Origin: Dehalococcoidales bacterium
GTDB taxonomy: Bacteria > Chloroflexota > Dehalococcoidia > Dehalococcoidales > RBG-16-60-22
Length of the DNA: 64,000 nucleotides
Direction: 5' to 3'
Assembly: GCA_034409565.1 (NCBI GenBank)
Contig: DAOUMS010000002.1
Coordinates: 66,223-130,222, forward strand
How positions within the stretch are numbered: position 1 is the first letter of the stretch; each line of letters begins with the position of its first letter. Under the pieces are notes generated by a model. It had not been told where the DNA came from. It worked only from the letters and a program-made list of their open reading frames with translations, and searched no databases. Shown in pieces: positions 56,631 to 64,000 of the stretch. The translations under genes were made by a program, and so were the position numbers.

Positions 56631-57419
56631 TTACTCCTGGTTGCCGAACGACCATATGGCCAGCAAAATCATTGTCGCCCCGAACGCGGCCAGAATGGCG
56701 ATTTCGTTCCAGAGCGTCAGCGTGTACCCGAACAGGCTGATTCCGTAAGTCGCGTCCGGGGTCGCACCGAGCACCACCTGGCGGATGGGGGCAATGCCGT
56801 AGGTGGCCGGGTTGACCTTCACCAGCACGTTCATCCACTGCGGCAGGTTCTGCAACGGGAAGAACGCCCCGGAAAGAAATACCATGGGGAACATCAGCAT
56901 CTGCATCGTGGCCTGAAATGCCTCCATGGAGCGGATGCGGGTGGCCAGCAGGACGCCGAATGAACCCAGGGAGGCGGCCAGCAGGAACATGAGCGGCAGG
57001 AGCGCCAGCACCGTTCCGATGGAGAGGGAAACACCGATAAGCGGGGCAAAGGCGAGTATCAGTATTCCCTGAAGCAGGGCAATGGTGGCTGCTCCCAGAG
57101 CCTTGCCGGTGGCCACGGCGGCGCGGCTGATGGGTGCCACCAGCACTTCCTTGAGGAAGCCGAACTCGCGGTCCCAGACCACGGAAACCCCGGACATGAA
57201 CGAGCTCATCAGCACCGTCATGCCGATGATGCCGGGGTACATAAACTGGGTGAAGTCAAAGCCCGCGCCGAGGACGCCCATTCTGGCGCTGAGCCCGCTG
57301 CCGAAGACGAAGAGGAACAGGAGCGGAAAAGTAAATGACCCCAGCAGACGCATCCGGTCGTGCCAGAAGCGCAACAGGTCACGGTACCAGATGGTATAGA
57401 TACCACGCAGTTGATTCAT
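56631..57419 (-). CDS. ABC-2-type transporter permease
   Basis: 262 aa with 6 TM helices, adjacent to a DrrA-like ATPase. Confidence 0.85.
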   Translation of the reverse strand: MNQLRGIYTIWYRDLLRFWHDRMRLLGSFTFPLLFLFVFGSGLSARMGVLGAGFDFTQFMYPGIIGMTVLMSSFMSGVSVVWDREFGFLKEVLVAPISRAAVATGKALGAATIALLQGILILAFAPLIGVSLSIGTVLALLPLMFLLAASLGSFGVLLATRIRSMEAFQATMQMLMFPMVFLSGAFFPLQNLPQWMNVLVKVNPATYGIAPIRQVVLGATPDATYGISLFGYTLTLWNEIAILAAFGATMILLAIWSFGNQE

Positions 57420-57428
57420 GTTATCCTC

Positions 57429-58412
57429 CTAGCGCCGCGAGTGGCGGCCGTGCTGGCGAACCATTGCCTTGAAGGTATCGCTGACGTCTTCCTCGCGTAT
57501 CTCCCTTCCGGTGAGCTTGAGAAAGACGTCATCCAGGCTGGGGCGGCGCATGCTTACACTGACTATAAGGGTGCTGAATTCGCGCAGCAAAACGGGGAGA
57601 AACTCTTCCCCGTTGGCAACCTCAAAACAGAGCCCATCACCGTCATGCCTGGCCTCAATCTGATAGCGGCGCCTGATTTCCTCCGCCGCCCGGTCATTAT
57701 CGCCGGTCCTCAGCGATACGATGTCCTTGCCTACCATCCTTTTCAGTTTCGCTGGCGTGTCCATGGCAATGAGTTTGCCATAGTCAATAACGGCAATGCG
57801 GTCGGCTTTATTGGCCTCGTCCATGTAGTGCGTGGTGAGGAAGATGGTCGTCCCTTCCTCCCGACGCAGCTCAAGGATATACTCCCACATGCGATTTCTG
57901 GTCTGCGGGTCGAGCCCGAGCGTTGGCTCATCGAGGAAGAGGACCTTGGGATGGTGCAGCAGTCCTCTTGCCAGCTCCAGTCGCCGTTTCATTCCCCCGG
58001 AATAGGTACGCACCTGGTTGTGGCGCTTGTCCCAGAGTTCCATCATCTTGAGCAACTGTTCGATACGCGCCTTGCGGACTGAGGCAGGGACGCCGTAAAC
58101 GAGCGCGTGAAAGCGCAGGTTCTGCAGACCATTGAGCCTTTCATCGAGGCTGGGGTCCTGAAAAACAAGGCCTATCTGCTGACGCACCTGGCTCTGCTGT
58201 TGCACCACGTCCAGGCCGGCAATGCTGGCCCGACCGGAGGTCGGCCTGGTCAGCGTGCAGAGGATATTGATGGTGGTGGTCTTCCCCGCCCCGTTCGGGC
58301 CCAGAAAGCCGAATATCTCCCCCGGCTTAACGCTGAAGCTGATGTTGTTCACCGCCACCAGGTCGCCAAACTTTTTTATCAAATTCTCAACTTCAATTAT
58401 ATTTTCCGTCAT
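57429..58412 (-). CDS. ABC transporter ATP-binding protein (DrrA-like)
   Basis: Walker A GPNGAGKTT, signature YSGGMKRRL, and Walker B LFLDEPT. Confidence 0.92.
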   Translation of the reverse strand: MTENIIEVENLIKKFGDLVAVNNISFSVKPGEIFGFLGPNGAGKTTTINILCTLTRPTSGRASIAGLDVVQQQSQVRQQIGLVFQDPSLDERLNGLQNLRFHALVYGVPASVRKARIEQLLKMMELWDKRHNQVRTYSGGMKRRLELARGLLHHPKVLFLDEPTLGLDPQTRNRMWEYILELRREEGTTIFLTTHYMDEANKADRIAVIDYGKLIAMDTPAKLKRMVGKDIVSLRTGDNDRAAEEIRRRYQIEARHDGDGLCFEVANGEEFLPVLLREFSTLIVSVSMRRPSLDDVFLKLTGREIREEDVSDTFKAMVRQHGRHSRR

Positions 58413-58591
58413 GTCTCACCGTATATTATAAATATGGTAATTTGGCCGTCATCCATATGGCCTGGGCCACGTATCCCTTTTAAGGATGGGCCTGTTACTA
58501 TTCTAGCACTTCGAGCCTGTCATTGTTTAGCGGCCGTGAAATGCGGTAATATGAAATATAAGAGGCTTTCCTGAAGGAGATTACCTGATAA

Positions 58592-59173
58592 ATGAGGGTG
58601 AGATACGGTTATCCAGGTGATGGTCTTAATGCCATCCTGATACTGGTCATTATCAATTTCGTGGTTTTCTTCGCTACCCTTATCCGGTCTGAGCTCATTT
58701 ACTTCCTCGGCTTTCAGCCAGCGGCGTTCTTTTCCCGACCCTGGACGGTGGTGACCGCCATGTTTGTCCACGGCGGGTTCTGGCATATCTTCGCCAACAT
58801 GCTGACTCTCTATTTCTTTGGCAGCTACTTCTCCAGGCTGGTTGGCCGCGGCCGATTTCTCCTGGTCTACTTTGCCGGGGGCATAGTGGGCAATCTCCTG
58901 TTCTGGGCGCTGGCCTATCCGCTAGCGGTGGCCGTCGGCGCCTCCGGCGCCGTGTTTGCCGTTGCCGGCGGGCTGGTGGTGATGCGGCCAAAGCTGCCGG
59001 TGATTATCTTCCCCATCCCCATCCCGGTCCCGCTCTGGGTGGCTATCATCGGGGGCTTCCTGCTGCTCTCCTTTATGCCGTCGGTCGCCTGGCAGGCCCA
59101 CCTGGGAGGGCTTATTGTAGGCCTGATTGCCGGCTTTATTTCCCGCCGGAGGGAAAGGTACCTCGTCTTTTGA
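58592..59173 (+). CDS. Rhomboid-family intramembrane serine protease
   Basis: FVHGGFWHIFANM and the catalytic GASGAVFAV, with a downstream H in AHLGGL. Confidence 0.85.
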   Translation: MRVRYGYPGDGLNAILILVIINFVVFFATLIRSELIYFLGFQPAAFFSRPWTVVTAMFVHGGFWHIFANMLTLYFFGSYFSRLVGRGRFLLVYFAGGIVGNLLFWALAYPLAVAVGASGAVFAVAGGLVVMRPKLPVIIFPIPIPVPLWVAIIGGFLLLSFMPSVAWQAHLGGLIVGLIAGFISRRRERYLVF

Positions 59174-59191
59174 TGCGCTGGCGTGGTCAGC

Positions 59192-59221
59192 TTGACTTTA
59201 ACCGGTGCTGTTCCTTATAAT
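59192..59221 (+). promoter_or_regulatory. Candidate promoter TTGACT-N18-TATAAT for the tRNA-Thr/Tyr transcript
   Basis: Read directly. It lies 36 nt upstream of the first tRNA. Confidence 0.5.
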
Positions 59222-59256
59222 AACTAGCTGGTTAGCTTGTTGTTGACCAGGCTATC

Positions 59257-59330
59257 GCCTGAGTAGCTCAGTTGGTCAGAGCAGCTGTCTTGTAAACAGC
59301 AGGTCGTGGGTTCGAATCCCCCCTCAGGCT
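59257..59330 (+). tRNA. tRNA-Thr (anticodon TGT)
   Basis: Folds as GCCTGAG-TA-GCTC-AGTTGGTCA-GAGC-A-GCTGT-CTTGTAA-ACAGC-AGGTC-GTGGG-TTCGAAT-CCCCC-CTCAGGC-T. There is one U-C mismatch in the T stem and CCA is not encoded. Confidence 0.88.
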
Positions 59331-59347
59331 CCGGGGTTTGAGATTGT

Positions 59348-59434
59348 GGAGGGGTGCCGGAGTGGTTAATCGGAGCAGTCTGTAAAACTGCCGCCCTAAG
59401 GGCTACACAGGTTCGAATCCTGTCCCCTCCACCA
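59348..59434 (+). tRNA. tRNA-Tyr (anticodon GTA), long variable arm, CCA encoded
   Basis: GGAGGGG acceptor, anticodon loop CTGTAAA, variable arm CGCCCTAAGGGCTAC, T-arm ACAGG-TTCGAAT-CCTGT. Confidence 0.92.
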
Positions 59435-59491
59435 GAACATATTGTTTCTGGAAGGTAATATTCCGCGTTCCGGGTAAGAACGGGGCGGTGG

Positions 59492-59520
59492 TTGACTTTT
59501 CATAAACATTACCTTAAAAT
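59492..59520 (+). promoter_or_regulatory. Candidate promoter TTGACT-N17-TAAAAT for tRNA-Thr(GGT)-tuf
   Basis: Read directly. It lies 16 nt upstream of the tRNA. Confidence 0.45.
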
Positions 59521-59535
59521 TAGCTTTGTAATTAT

Positions 59536-59608
59536 GCCCACATAGCTCAGTCGGTAGAGCACGTTCTTGGTAAGAACGGGGTCACCAGTTCGAATCTGGT
59601 TGTGGGCT
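59536..59608 (+). tRNA. tRNA-Thr (anticodon GGT)
   Basis: Folds as GCCCACA-TA-GCTC-AGTCGGTA-GAGC-A-CGTTC-TTGGTAA-GAACG-GGGTC-ACCAG-TTCGAAT-CTGGT-TGTGGGC-T. Confidence 0.92.
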
Positions 59609-59629
59609 TGGTAGAAAACGGAGGTTGAA

Positions 59630-60835
59630 ATGGCAAAACAGAAATTCGAAAGGACCAAGCCACATATAAACGTAGGGACCATCGGTCACGTTGACCACGG
59701 AAAAACGACGCTGACGTCAGCGATTACGCTGACGCTGTCCAAGGCGGTAGGCACCACCAGCTTCCGCGCCTTTGAGTCAATCGATAATGCTCCAGAAGAA
59801 AAGGCACGCGGTTTGACCATTGCCATCGCCCACATTGAGTATGAGACGCAAAAACGGCACTACGCCCACATCGACTGCCCGGGCCATGCTGACTACATCA
59901 AGAACATGATTACTGGTGCTGCCCAGATGGACGGTGCCATTCTGGTGGTCAGCGCTCCCGACGGGCCGATGCCACAGACCAGAGAGCATGTTCTCCTGGC
60001 GCGCCAGGTGATGGTGCCGCGCATCGTGGTCGCTTTAAATAAAGTGGATGCCATGGAAGACGAGGAGCTTTTGGAGCTGGTGGAGATGGAGGTGAGAGAG
60101 CTGCTCAGCAACTACGAGTTCCCGGGCGATGAGATACCGGTGGTGCGGGTGAGTGCCCTTAAAGCGCTGGAGTGTGGCTGCGGCAAGCGCGAATGCCAGT
60201 GGTGCGGCCCGATACTGAAATTGATGGATGCCGTTGATGATTATATCCCGCTGCCGGTCCGGCCCAAGGACAAGCCATTCCTGATGGCGGTAGAAGATGT
60301 CTTCAGCATCAAGGGTCGTGGCACGGTGCCCACCGGCAGGGTGGAGCGTGGCGTGATTAAAGCTGGGGACGAGGTTGAAATTGTGGGTTTGCACCACGAG
60401 CCGAAAAAAGTGGTGGCTACCAGCCTGGAGATGTTCCACAAGACGCTGGACTATGCTGAGCCCGGTGATGCGGTGGGCATCCTGCTGCGCGGCGTGGAGC
60501 GTGAAGATATCGAGCGCGGCCAAGTGCTGGCGGCGCCTGGCTCGATTAAACCACATACCTATGCTGAAGCCAATGTCTACGTCCTGACCAAGGAGGAGGG
60601 CGGCCGGCATACGCCGTTCTTCAATGGCTATAAACCGCAGTTCTACATCCAGACCACCGATGTTACCGGCTCTATCGAGCTTCCGGAAGGGGTGGAGATG
60701 GTGATGCCTGGCGACAATATTACCATGAAGTTAAAGCTCATCTACCCGGTGGCGATGGAGCAGGGTCTGCGTTTTGCTATCCGTGAAGGAGGCAGGACGG
60801 TAGGGTCCGGTACCATCAGCAAAATTATAGAGTAG
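59630..60835 (+). CDS. tuf: Elongation factor Tu
   Basis: [21 protein letters not shown] and SAL motifs across a full-length 401 aa. Confidence 0.98.
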   Translation: MAKQKFERTKPHINVGTIGHVDHGKTTLTSAITLTLSKAVGTTSFRAFESIDNAPEEKARGLTIAIAHIEYETQKRHYAHIDCPGHADYIKNMITGAAQMDGAILVVSAPDGPMPQTREHVLLARQVMVPRIVVALNKVDAMEDEELLELVEMEVRELLSNYEFPGDEIPVVRVSALKALECGCGKRECQWCGPILKLMDAVDDYIPLPVRPKDKPFLMAVEDVFSIKGRGTVPTGRVERGVIKAGDEVEIVGLHHEPKKVVATSLEMFHKTLDYAEPGDAVGILLRGVEREDIERGQVLAAPGSIKPHTYAEANVYVLTKEEGGRHTPFFNGYKPQFYIQTTDVTGSIELPEGVEMVMPGDNITMKLKLIYPVAMEQGLRFAIREGGRTVGSGTISKIIE

Positions 60836-60839
60836 GTTT

Positions 60840-61007
60840 ATGGCTAAAAAAAGCGAAGCCAGAGGCATAATACATCTCGCCTGCACTGAATGCAGGGAGA
60901 GAACATATACCACGACGAAGAATCGCAAGAATGATTCTCAGAGACTGGAATTGAATAAATACTGCCCTCGTTGTCGTACGGTGCGACTTCATCGAGAGGT
61001 TAAGTAG
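60840..61007 (+). CDS. rpmG: 50S ribosomal protein L33 (Cys4 zinc-binding form); below the ORF-track cutoff
   Basis: Translation is [55 protein letters not shown]. It sits in the canonical position between tuf and secE. Confidence 0.9.
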   Translation: MAKKSEARGIIHLACTECRERTYTTTKNRKNDSQRLELNKYCPRCRTVRLHREVK

Positions 61008-61030
61008 TACGACAGGTTGGAGAGGTAGGG

Positions 61031-61252
61031 ATGCCTGCGGCGGTACATCATTCAGCGACGACCAAGCGTTCACGGTTAAGGTTCATCGGCGAGATTATCA
61101 CCGAGTTAAAGAAGGTGGTCTGGCTCTCCCGACGGGAGGTCCTTTATTTATCAACTCTGGTGCTGGTGATATCGGTCGCCGCCGGCCTGGTACTGGGAGC
61201 AATTGATTACGGTTTTGCCGCCCTCGTGGAAGATGTTTTTGTGGGCCACTAA
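61031..61252 (+). CDS. secE: Preprotein translocase subunit SecE
   Basis: 73 aa with one C-terminal TM helix. ELKKVVW and its position before nusG support the call. Confidence 0.85.
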   Translation: MPAAVHHSATTKRSRLRFIGEIITELKKVVWLSRREVLYLSTLVLVISVAAGLVLGAIDYGFAALVEDVFVGH

Positions 61253-61325
61253 AAGCTTATTTACGCCAATGACCGCAGACAAGTTCGCATCATGCCTGAG
61301 CCAAATATGAACGTTGAGGTAATCC

Positions 61326-61859
61326 GTGGCGGATAACGGAACAAACTGGTACGTCATCCACACCTACTCGGGGTATGAGGAAAGGGTGAAGAAAAACCTC
61401 GAGCAGCGGCGCAATTCCATGGATGCGGCTGATGAAATACTGAAGGTCGTCATCCCCACCGAGGATGAAATTGAGGTGAAAAATGGCCAGCGACGTACCG
61501 TGACCAAGAAAATCCTGCCCGGATACGTCCTGGTACAGATGAAAATGACCGACCAGAGCTGGGGCGTGGTGCGGAATACGCCCGGTGTTACCGGCTTTGT
61601 GGGAAGCGGGGGCAAGCCAACGCCACTCCAGGAGAATGAAGTCGGCCAGATTTTAAAGCAGATGGAAGCCGAGGCGCCCAAGGTGAAGGTCGGCTTCCGC
61701 CGCGGGCAGAGCGTCCGGGTCACCGATGGCCCGTTTATCGATTTTGTGGGCGTGGTGGATGAAATCAATACCGAGAAAGGCAAAATCAAGGTGCTGCTGT
61801 CCCTTTTCGGTCAGGAAACACCGGTGGAACTCGACTTTTTGCAGGTGGAAAAGCTTTAG
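61326..61859 (+). CDS. nusG: Transcription termination/antitermination factor NusG
   Basis: WYVIHTYSGYE NGN domain and a C-terminal KOW (GQSVRVTDGPF). The GTG start follows GAGGT. Confidence 0.95.
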   Translation: MADNGTNWYVIHTYSGYEERVKKNLEQRRNSMDAADEILKVVIPTEDEIEVKNGQRRTVTKKILPGYVLVQMKMTDQSWGVVRNTPGVTGFVGSGGKPTPLQENEVGQILKQMEAEAPKVKVGFRRGQSVRVTDGPFIDFVGVVDEINTEKGKIKVLLSLFGQETPVELDFLQVEKL

Positions 61860-61877
61860 CTAGCTTGAGGAGATAAG

Positions 61878-62312
61878 ATGGCGAAGAAGGTAAGGGCGAT
61901 AATAAAACTGCAGATTCCGGCCGGCCAGGCAAATCCGGCACCGCCGGTGGGTCCGGCACTGGGCCAGCACGGTATCAATATCATGCAGTTCTGCAAGGAA
62001 TATAACGACCGCACCTCCTCACAGGCCGGCTCTATTGTCCCGGTGGAGATTACCGTCTTTGAGGACCGGTCATTCACCTTTATTACCAAGACACCGCCGG
62101 CCACCGACCTGCTGAAAAAAGCACTCGGTGTGGAGAAGGGGAGCGGCAGTCCCGCTCATGAAGAAGCCGGTACTCTTTCCCGTGACAAACTGCGTGAAAT
62201 CGCTCAGGTGAAAGCCAAAGACCTGAGCGCCAACAGCATAAAAGAGGCGGAAAAAATCATTGCTGGTACCGCCCGGAGTATGGGAATCAAGGTAGAACAG
62301 GAAAATGACTAA
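61878..62312 (+). CDS. rplK: 50S ribosomal protein L11
   Basis: [28 protein letters not shown]. Confidence 0.97.
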   Translation: MAKKVRAIIKLQIPAGQANPAPPVGPALGQHGINIMQFCKEYNDRTSSQAGSIVPVEITVFEDRSFTFITKTPPATDLLKKALGVEKGSGSPAHEEAGTLSRDKLREIAQVKAKDLSANSIKEAEKIIAGTARSMGIKVEQEND

Positions 62313-63018
62313 ACACGGTAAGAAATACAACGAGGCAACCCAGGTAATCGACAGGACAAAAACATATGCGCCAGAGGAGGCAATCGAGCTGGCGAAAAAG
62401 ACGGCGCACGCCAGCTTTGACGAGACCGTGGAGCTGCACCTGCGCATGGGCGTTGACCCGCGCAATGCCACACAGCAGGTTCGCGGGGTGGCGCTGCTCC
62501 CTTACGGTCTGGGCAAGAAAGTAAGGGTTCTTGTCTTTGCTCAGGGAGAGGCGGTTAGAACCGCCGAGTCCGCCGGCGCCGACCACGTTGGCGGTGATGA
62601 ACTGGTCAAGAAGATTGAGGCTGGCTGGCTGGAGTTTGATACCGCCATTGCCACGCCGGAAATGATGGGCAAAGTGGGCAAGCTGGGCAAGATTCTGGGA
62701 CGCAGGGGACTGATGCCCAACCCCAAGGCGGGAACCGTCGTCCCCGCCGAGGACCTCACCCGCGTTATCGAGGATTCCAGGAAAGGCCGCGTTGAATTCA
62801 AGCTGGACCGCACCGCCATCATTCACGTGCCGCTGGGCAAGGTCAGCTTTGATAATGAGCAGTTGCTGGGCAATCTGACGGCCCTTGTCGAGGCCTTGAT
62901 GAAGGCCAAACCCAGTGGTGCCAAGGGGCAATACGTCAGGACCGCCGTGCTGACAACAACCATGGGGCCGGGAATACACCTTGACCTGAGGCCAACCCTG
63001 GCGCTCACCAGCAGTTAA
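62305..63018 (+). CDS. rplA: 50S ribosomal protein L1
   Basis: [16 protein letters not shown] and [11 protein letters not shown]. It overlaps the rplK end by 8 nt. Confidence 0.97.
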   Translation: MTKHGKKYNEATQVIDRTKTYAPEEAIELAKKTAHASFDETVELHLRMGVDPRNATQQVRGVALLPYGLGKKVRVLVFAQGEAVRTAESAGADHVGGDELVKKIEAGWLEFDTAIATPEMMGKVGKLGKILGRRGLMPNPKAGTVVPAEDLTRVIEDSRKGRVEFKLDRTAIIHVPLGKVSFDNEQLLGNLTALVEALMKAKPSGAKGQYVRTAVLTTTMGPGIHLDLRPTLALTSS

Positions 63019-63225
63019 TGCCGGTTTACTTTTTCGGTTTAACCGGGTAGAATAGAAGAGACAACAGAATAGTCTGTCCTGAGACAGCGGGTGCCGGAAA
63101 CGGCTTAATTAATGTGCCTGCCGAGGATGTTAGAGAAACCAGATAAGCTGGATTTTAATGTCCCTGTGTGGCGAGCACAGGGATTTTTTCATGGCCAGAC
63201 TGGGGAGTTCAGGAGGTGATAAGTA
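63019..63225 (+). promoter_or_regulatory. rplJ (L10) leader region
   Basis: A 207-nt untranslated spacer in the position of the L10/L12 autoregulatory leader. It contains the hairpin listed next. Confidence 0.5.
63162..63189 (+). terminator. Attenuator-type hairpin CCCTGTG-tggcgag-CACAGGG followed by ATTTTTT in the L10 leader
   Basis: Read directly. It lies 37 nt before the rplJ start. Confidence 0.5.
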
Positions 63226-63750
63226 ATGCCGCGAGAAGAAAAAGTACAGGTTGTTGAGGAACTGAGCCAGTTGCTTTCAGAATGCAGCATCGGTATCCTG
63301 ACCGACTATCGGGGGCTGACCACTGCGGAGATGACTGACCTGCGGCGCAGCCTCAGGGGTTCGGAGATAAAGTACCGCGTGGTGAAAAACACGCTGGCCC
63401 GGTTTGCCGCAGAAAAAGCAGGCAAAAGCGACCTGGTTGGCCTTTTTGAAGGCCCGGTGGCGATTGCCTTTGGCTATGGCGACATTGTACTGCCGGCCAA
63501 GATTCTGGCCGATTATATAAAAACGCAGAAATCGATACTTACCATTAAAGGCGGCTTTACCGGTGACAGGCTCTTTACCCCGGCTGATATCGAAAACCTG
63601 GCCTCGCTGCCGTCCACCGAGGTTTTGCTGGCTAAAATTATGGCCGGGATACAGAGTCCGATTTACCGTCTGGTGAACTGCCTTTCCAACCCCATGAGAG
63701 GACTTGTGGGGGTACTGCAAGCAAGAGCGAAACAACTTGAGGGAGGATAA
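63226..63750 (+). CDS. rplJ: 50S ribosomal protein L10
   Basis: GILTDYRGLTTAEMTDLRRSLR and YRVVKNTL. Confidence 0.95.
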   Translation: MPREEKVQVVEELSQLLSECSIGILTDYRGLTTAEMTDLRRSLRGSEIKYRVVKNTLARFAAEKAGKSDLVGLFEGPVAIAFGYGDIVLPAKILADYIKTQKSILTIKGGFTGDRLFTPADIENLASLPSTEVLLAKIMAGIQSPIYRLVNCLSNPMRGLVGVLQARAKQLEGG

Positions 63751-63751
63751 T

Positions 63752-64000
63752 ATGGCGAAAGAGAAAGAAACGGAAGCGACACCGGAAACCACCGAAGCTG
63801 AAGCGGAAGTAAAAGAGACACCCGCCGCGGAAAAGGAAGCGGCAGGCGCTCCGGAGGCGGCTGTGGAGGCAGCTGAGGCACCGGCAGCAGAAAAAGCGGA
63901 GGCAGCGGCTGAGGTAAAGGAAGCGCCGCCCGCCGCAAAAGCGGAGGAAAAGCCCAAGGCGGCAAAGGAGAAGGCGGCGGAAGTGCCCGCACCGCCAGCC
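63752..64000 (+). CDS. Partial ORF at the rplL position with an Ala/Glu/Lys/Pro-rich low-complexity N-terminus (runs off the window)
   Basis: ATG 63752 lies 4 nt after GGGAGGA. Translation is MAKEKETEATPETTEAEAEVKETPAAEKEAAGAPEAAVEAAEAPAAEKAEAAAEVKEAPPAAKAEEKPKAAKEKAAEVPAPPA. No L7/L12 N-terminal domain is visible in the 83 residues available. Confidence 0.4.
   Translation, partial: MAKEKETEATPETTEAEAEVKETPAAEKEAAGAPEAAVEAAEAPAAEKAEAAAEVKEAPPAAKAEEKPKAAKEKAAEVPAPPA

Noticed and set aside
1-64000. A search for CRISPR arrays, rRNA genes, integrase/recombinase genes, phage structural genes, toxin-antitoxin pairs and restriction-modification genes.
   Set aside because: I found no regularly spaced direct repeats, no rRNA-like sequence and no ORF with integrase, capsid, terminase, toxin or R-M motifs in any frame.

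Overview
This is a 64-kb bacterial chromosomal window with a mosaic composition. The gene content points to an anaerobic Chloroflexota/Dehalococcoidia-like lineage: a bacterial Elp3, two tungsten-type aldehyde:ferredoxin oxidoreductases, a lipoprotein-type TRAP binding protein, and a tRNA-tuf-rpmG-secE-nusG-rplKAJ block. That placement is inference only.

Layout:
(1) 1-13.8 kb: tightly coupled alpha-glucan/trehalose operon (mak fragment, malQ, glgB, treZ, GH57, treY) with a convergent glgP.
(2) 13.9-28.6 kb: minus-strand catabolic locus with split transketolase, IclR regulator, two SDRs, TRAP transporter, two AORs, a cupin, an isopropylmalate-dehydrogenase-family enzyme and a TIM-barrel isomerase.
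(3) 28.6-30.8 kb: AT-rich patch with orphan membrane proteins and an IS1595-family transposase.
(4) 30.8-41.7 kb: about 10.6 kb of DNA bracketed by a 129/130-bp direct repeat that contains the 3-prime half of tRNA-Lys(CTT). It encodes no integrase. It carries a PAS-HK/LuxR pair, a translationally coupled operon (two DAGK-fold kinases, a P-loop kinase-methyltransferase fusion, a GlpD-like flavoenzyme, a small membrane protein) and a polytopic membrane EEP phosphoesterase.
(5) 41.7-45.9 kb: Elp3 placed divergently next to a Trm9-like methyltransferase and a small zinc-ribbon protein.
(6) 45.9-53.5 kb: sugar-acid-type locus (two enolase-superfamily enzymes, HpcH aldolase, hydratase, MDR dehydrogenase).
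(7) 53.5-59.2 kb: small or hypothetical genes, tRNA-Asn, an ABC-2 exporter and a rhomboid protease.
(8) 59.2-64 kb: tRNA-Thr, tRNA-Tyr, tRNA-Thr, tuf, rpmG, secE, nusG, rplK, rplA, L10 leader, rplJ, and an atypical Ala/Glu/Lys/Pro-rich ORF where rplL is expected.

I saw no rRNA, CRISPR array, integrase or phage structural genes. The best candidates for something undescribed are the cargo of the tRNA-Lys island and the Elp3/Trm9-like/zinc-ribbon module. All family assignments come from motif recognition by eye and need profile searches to confirm.
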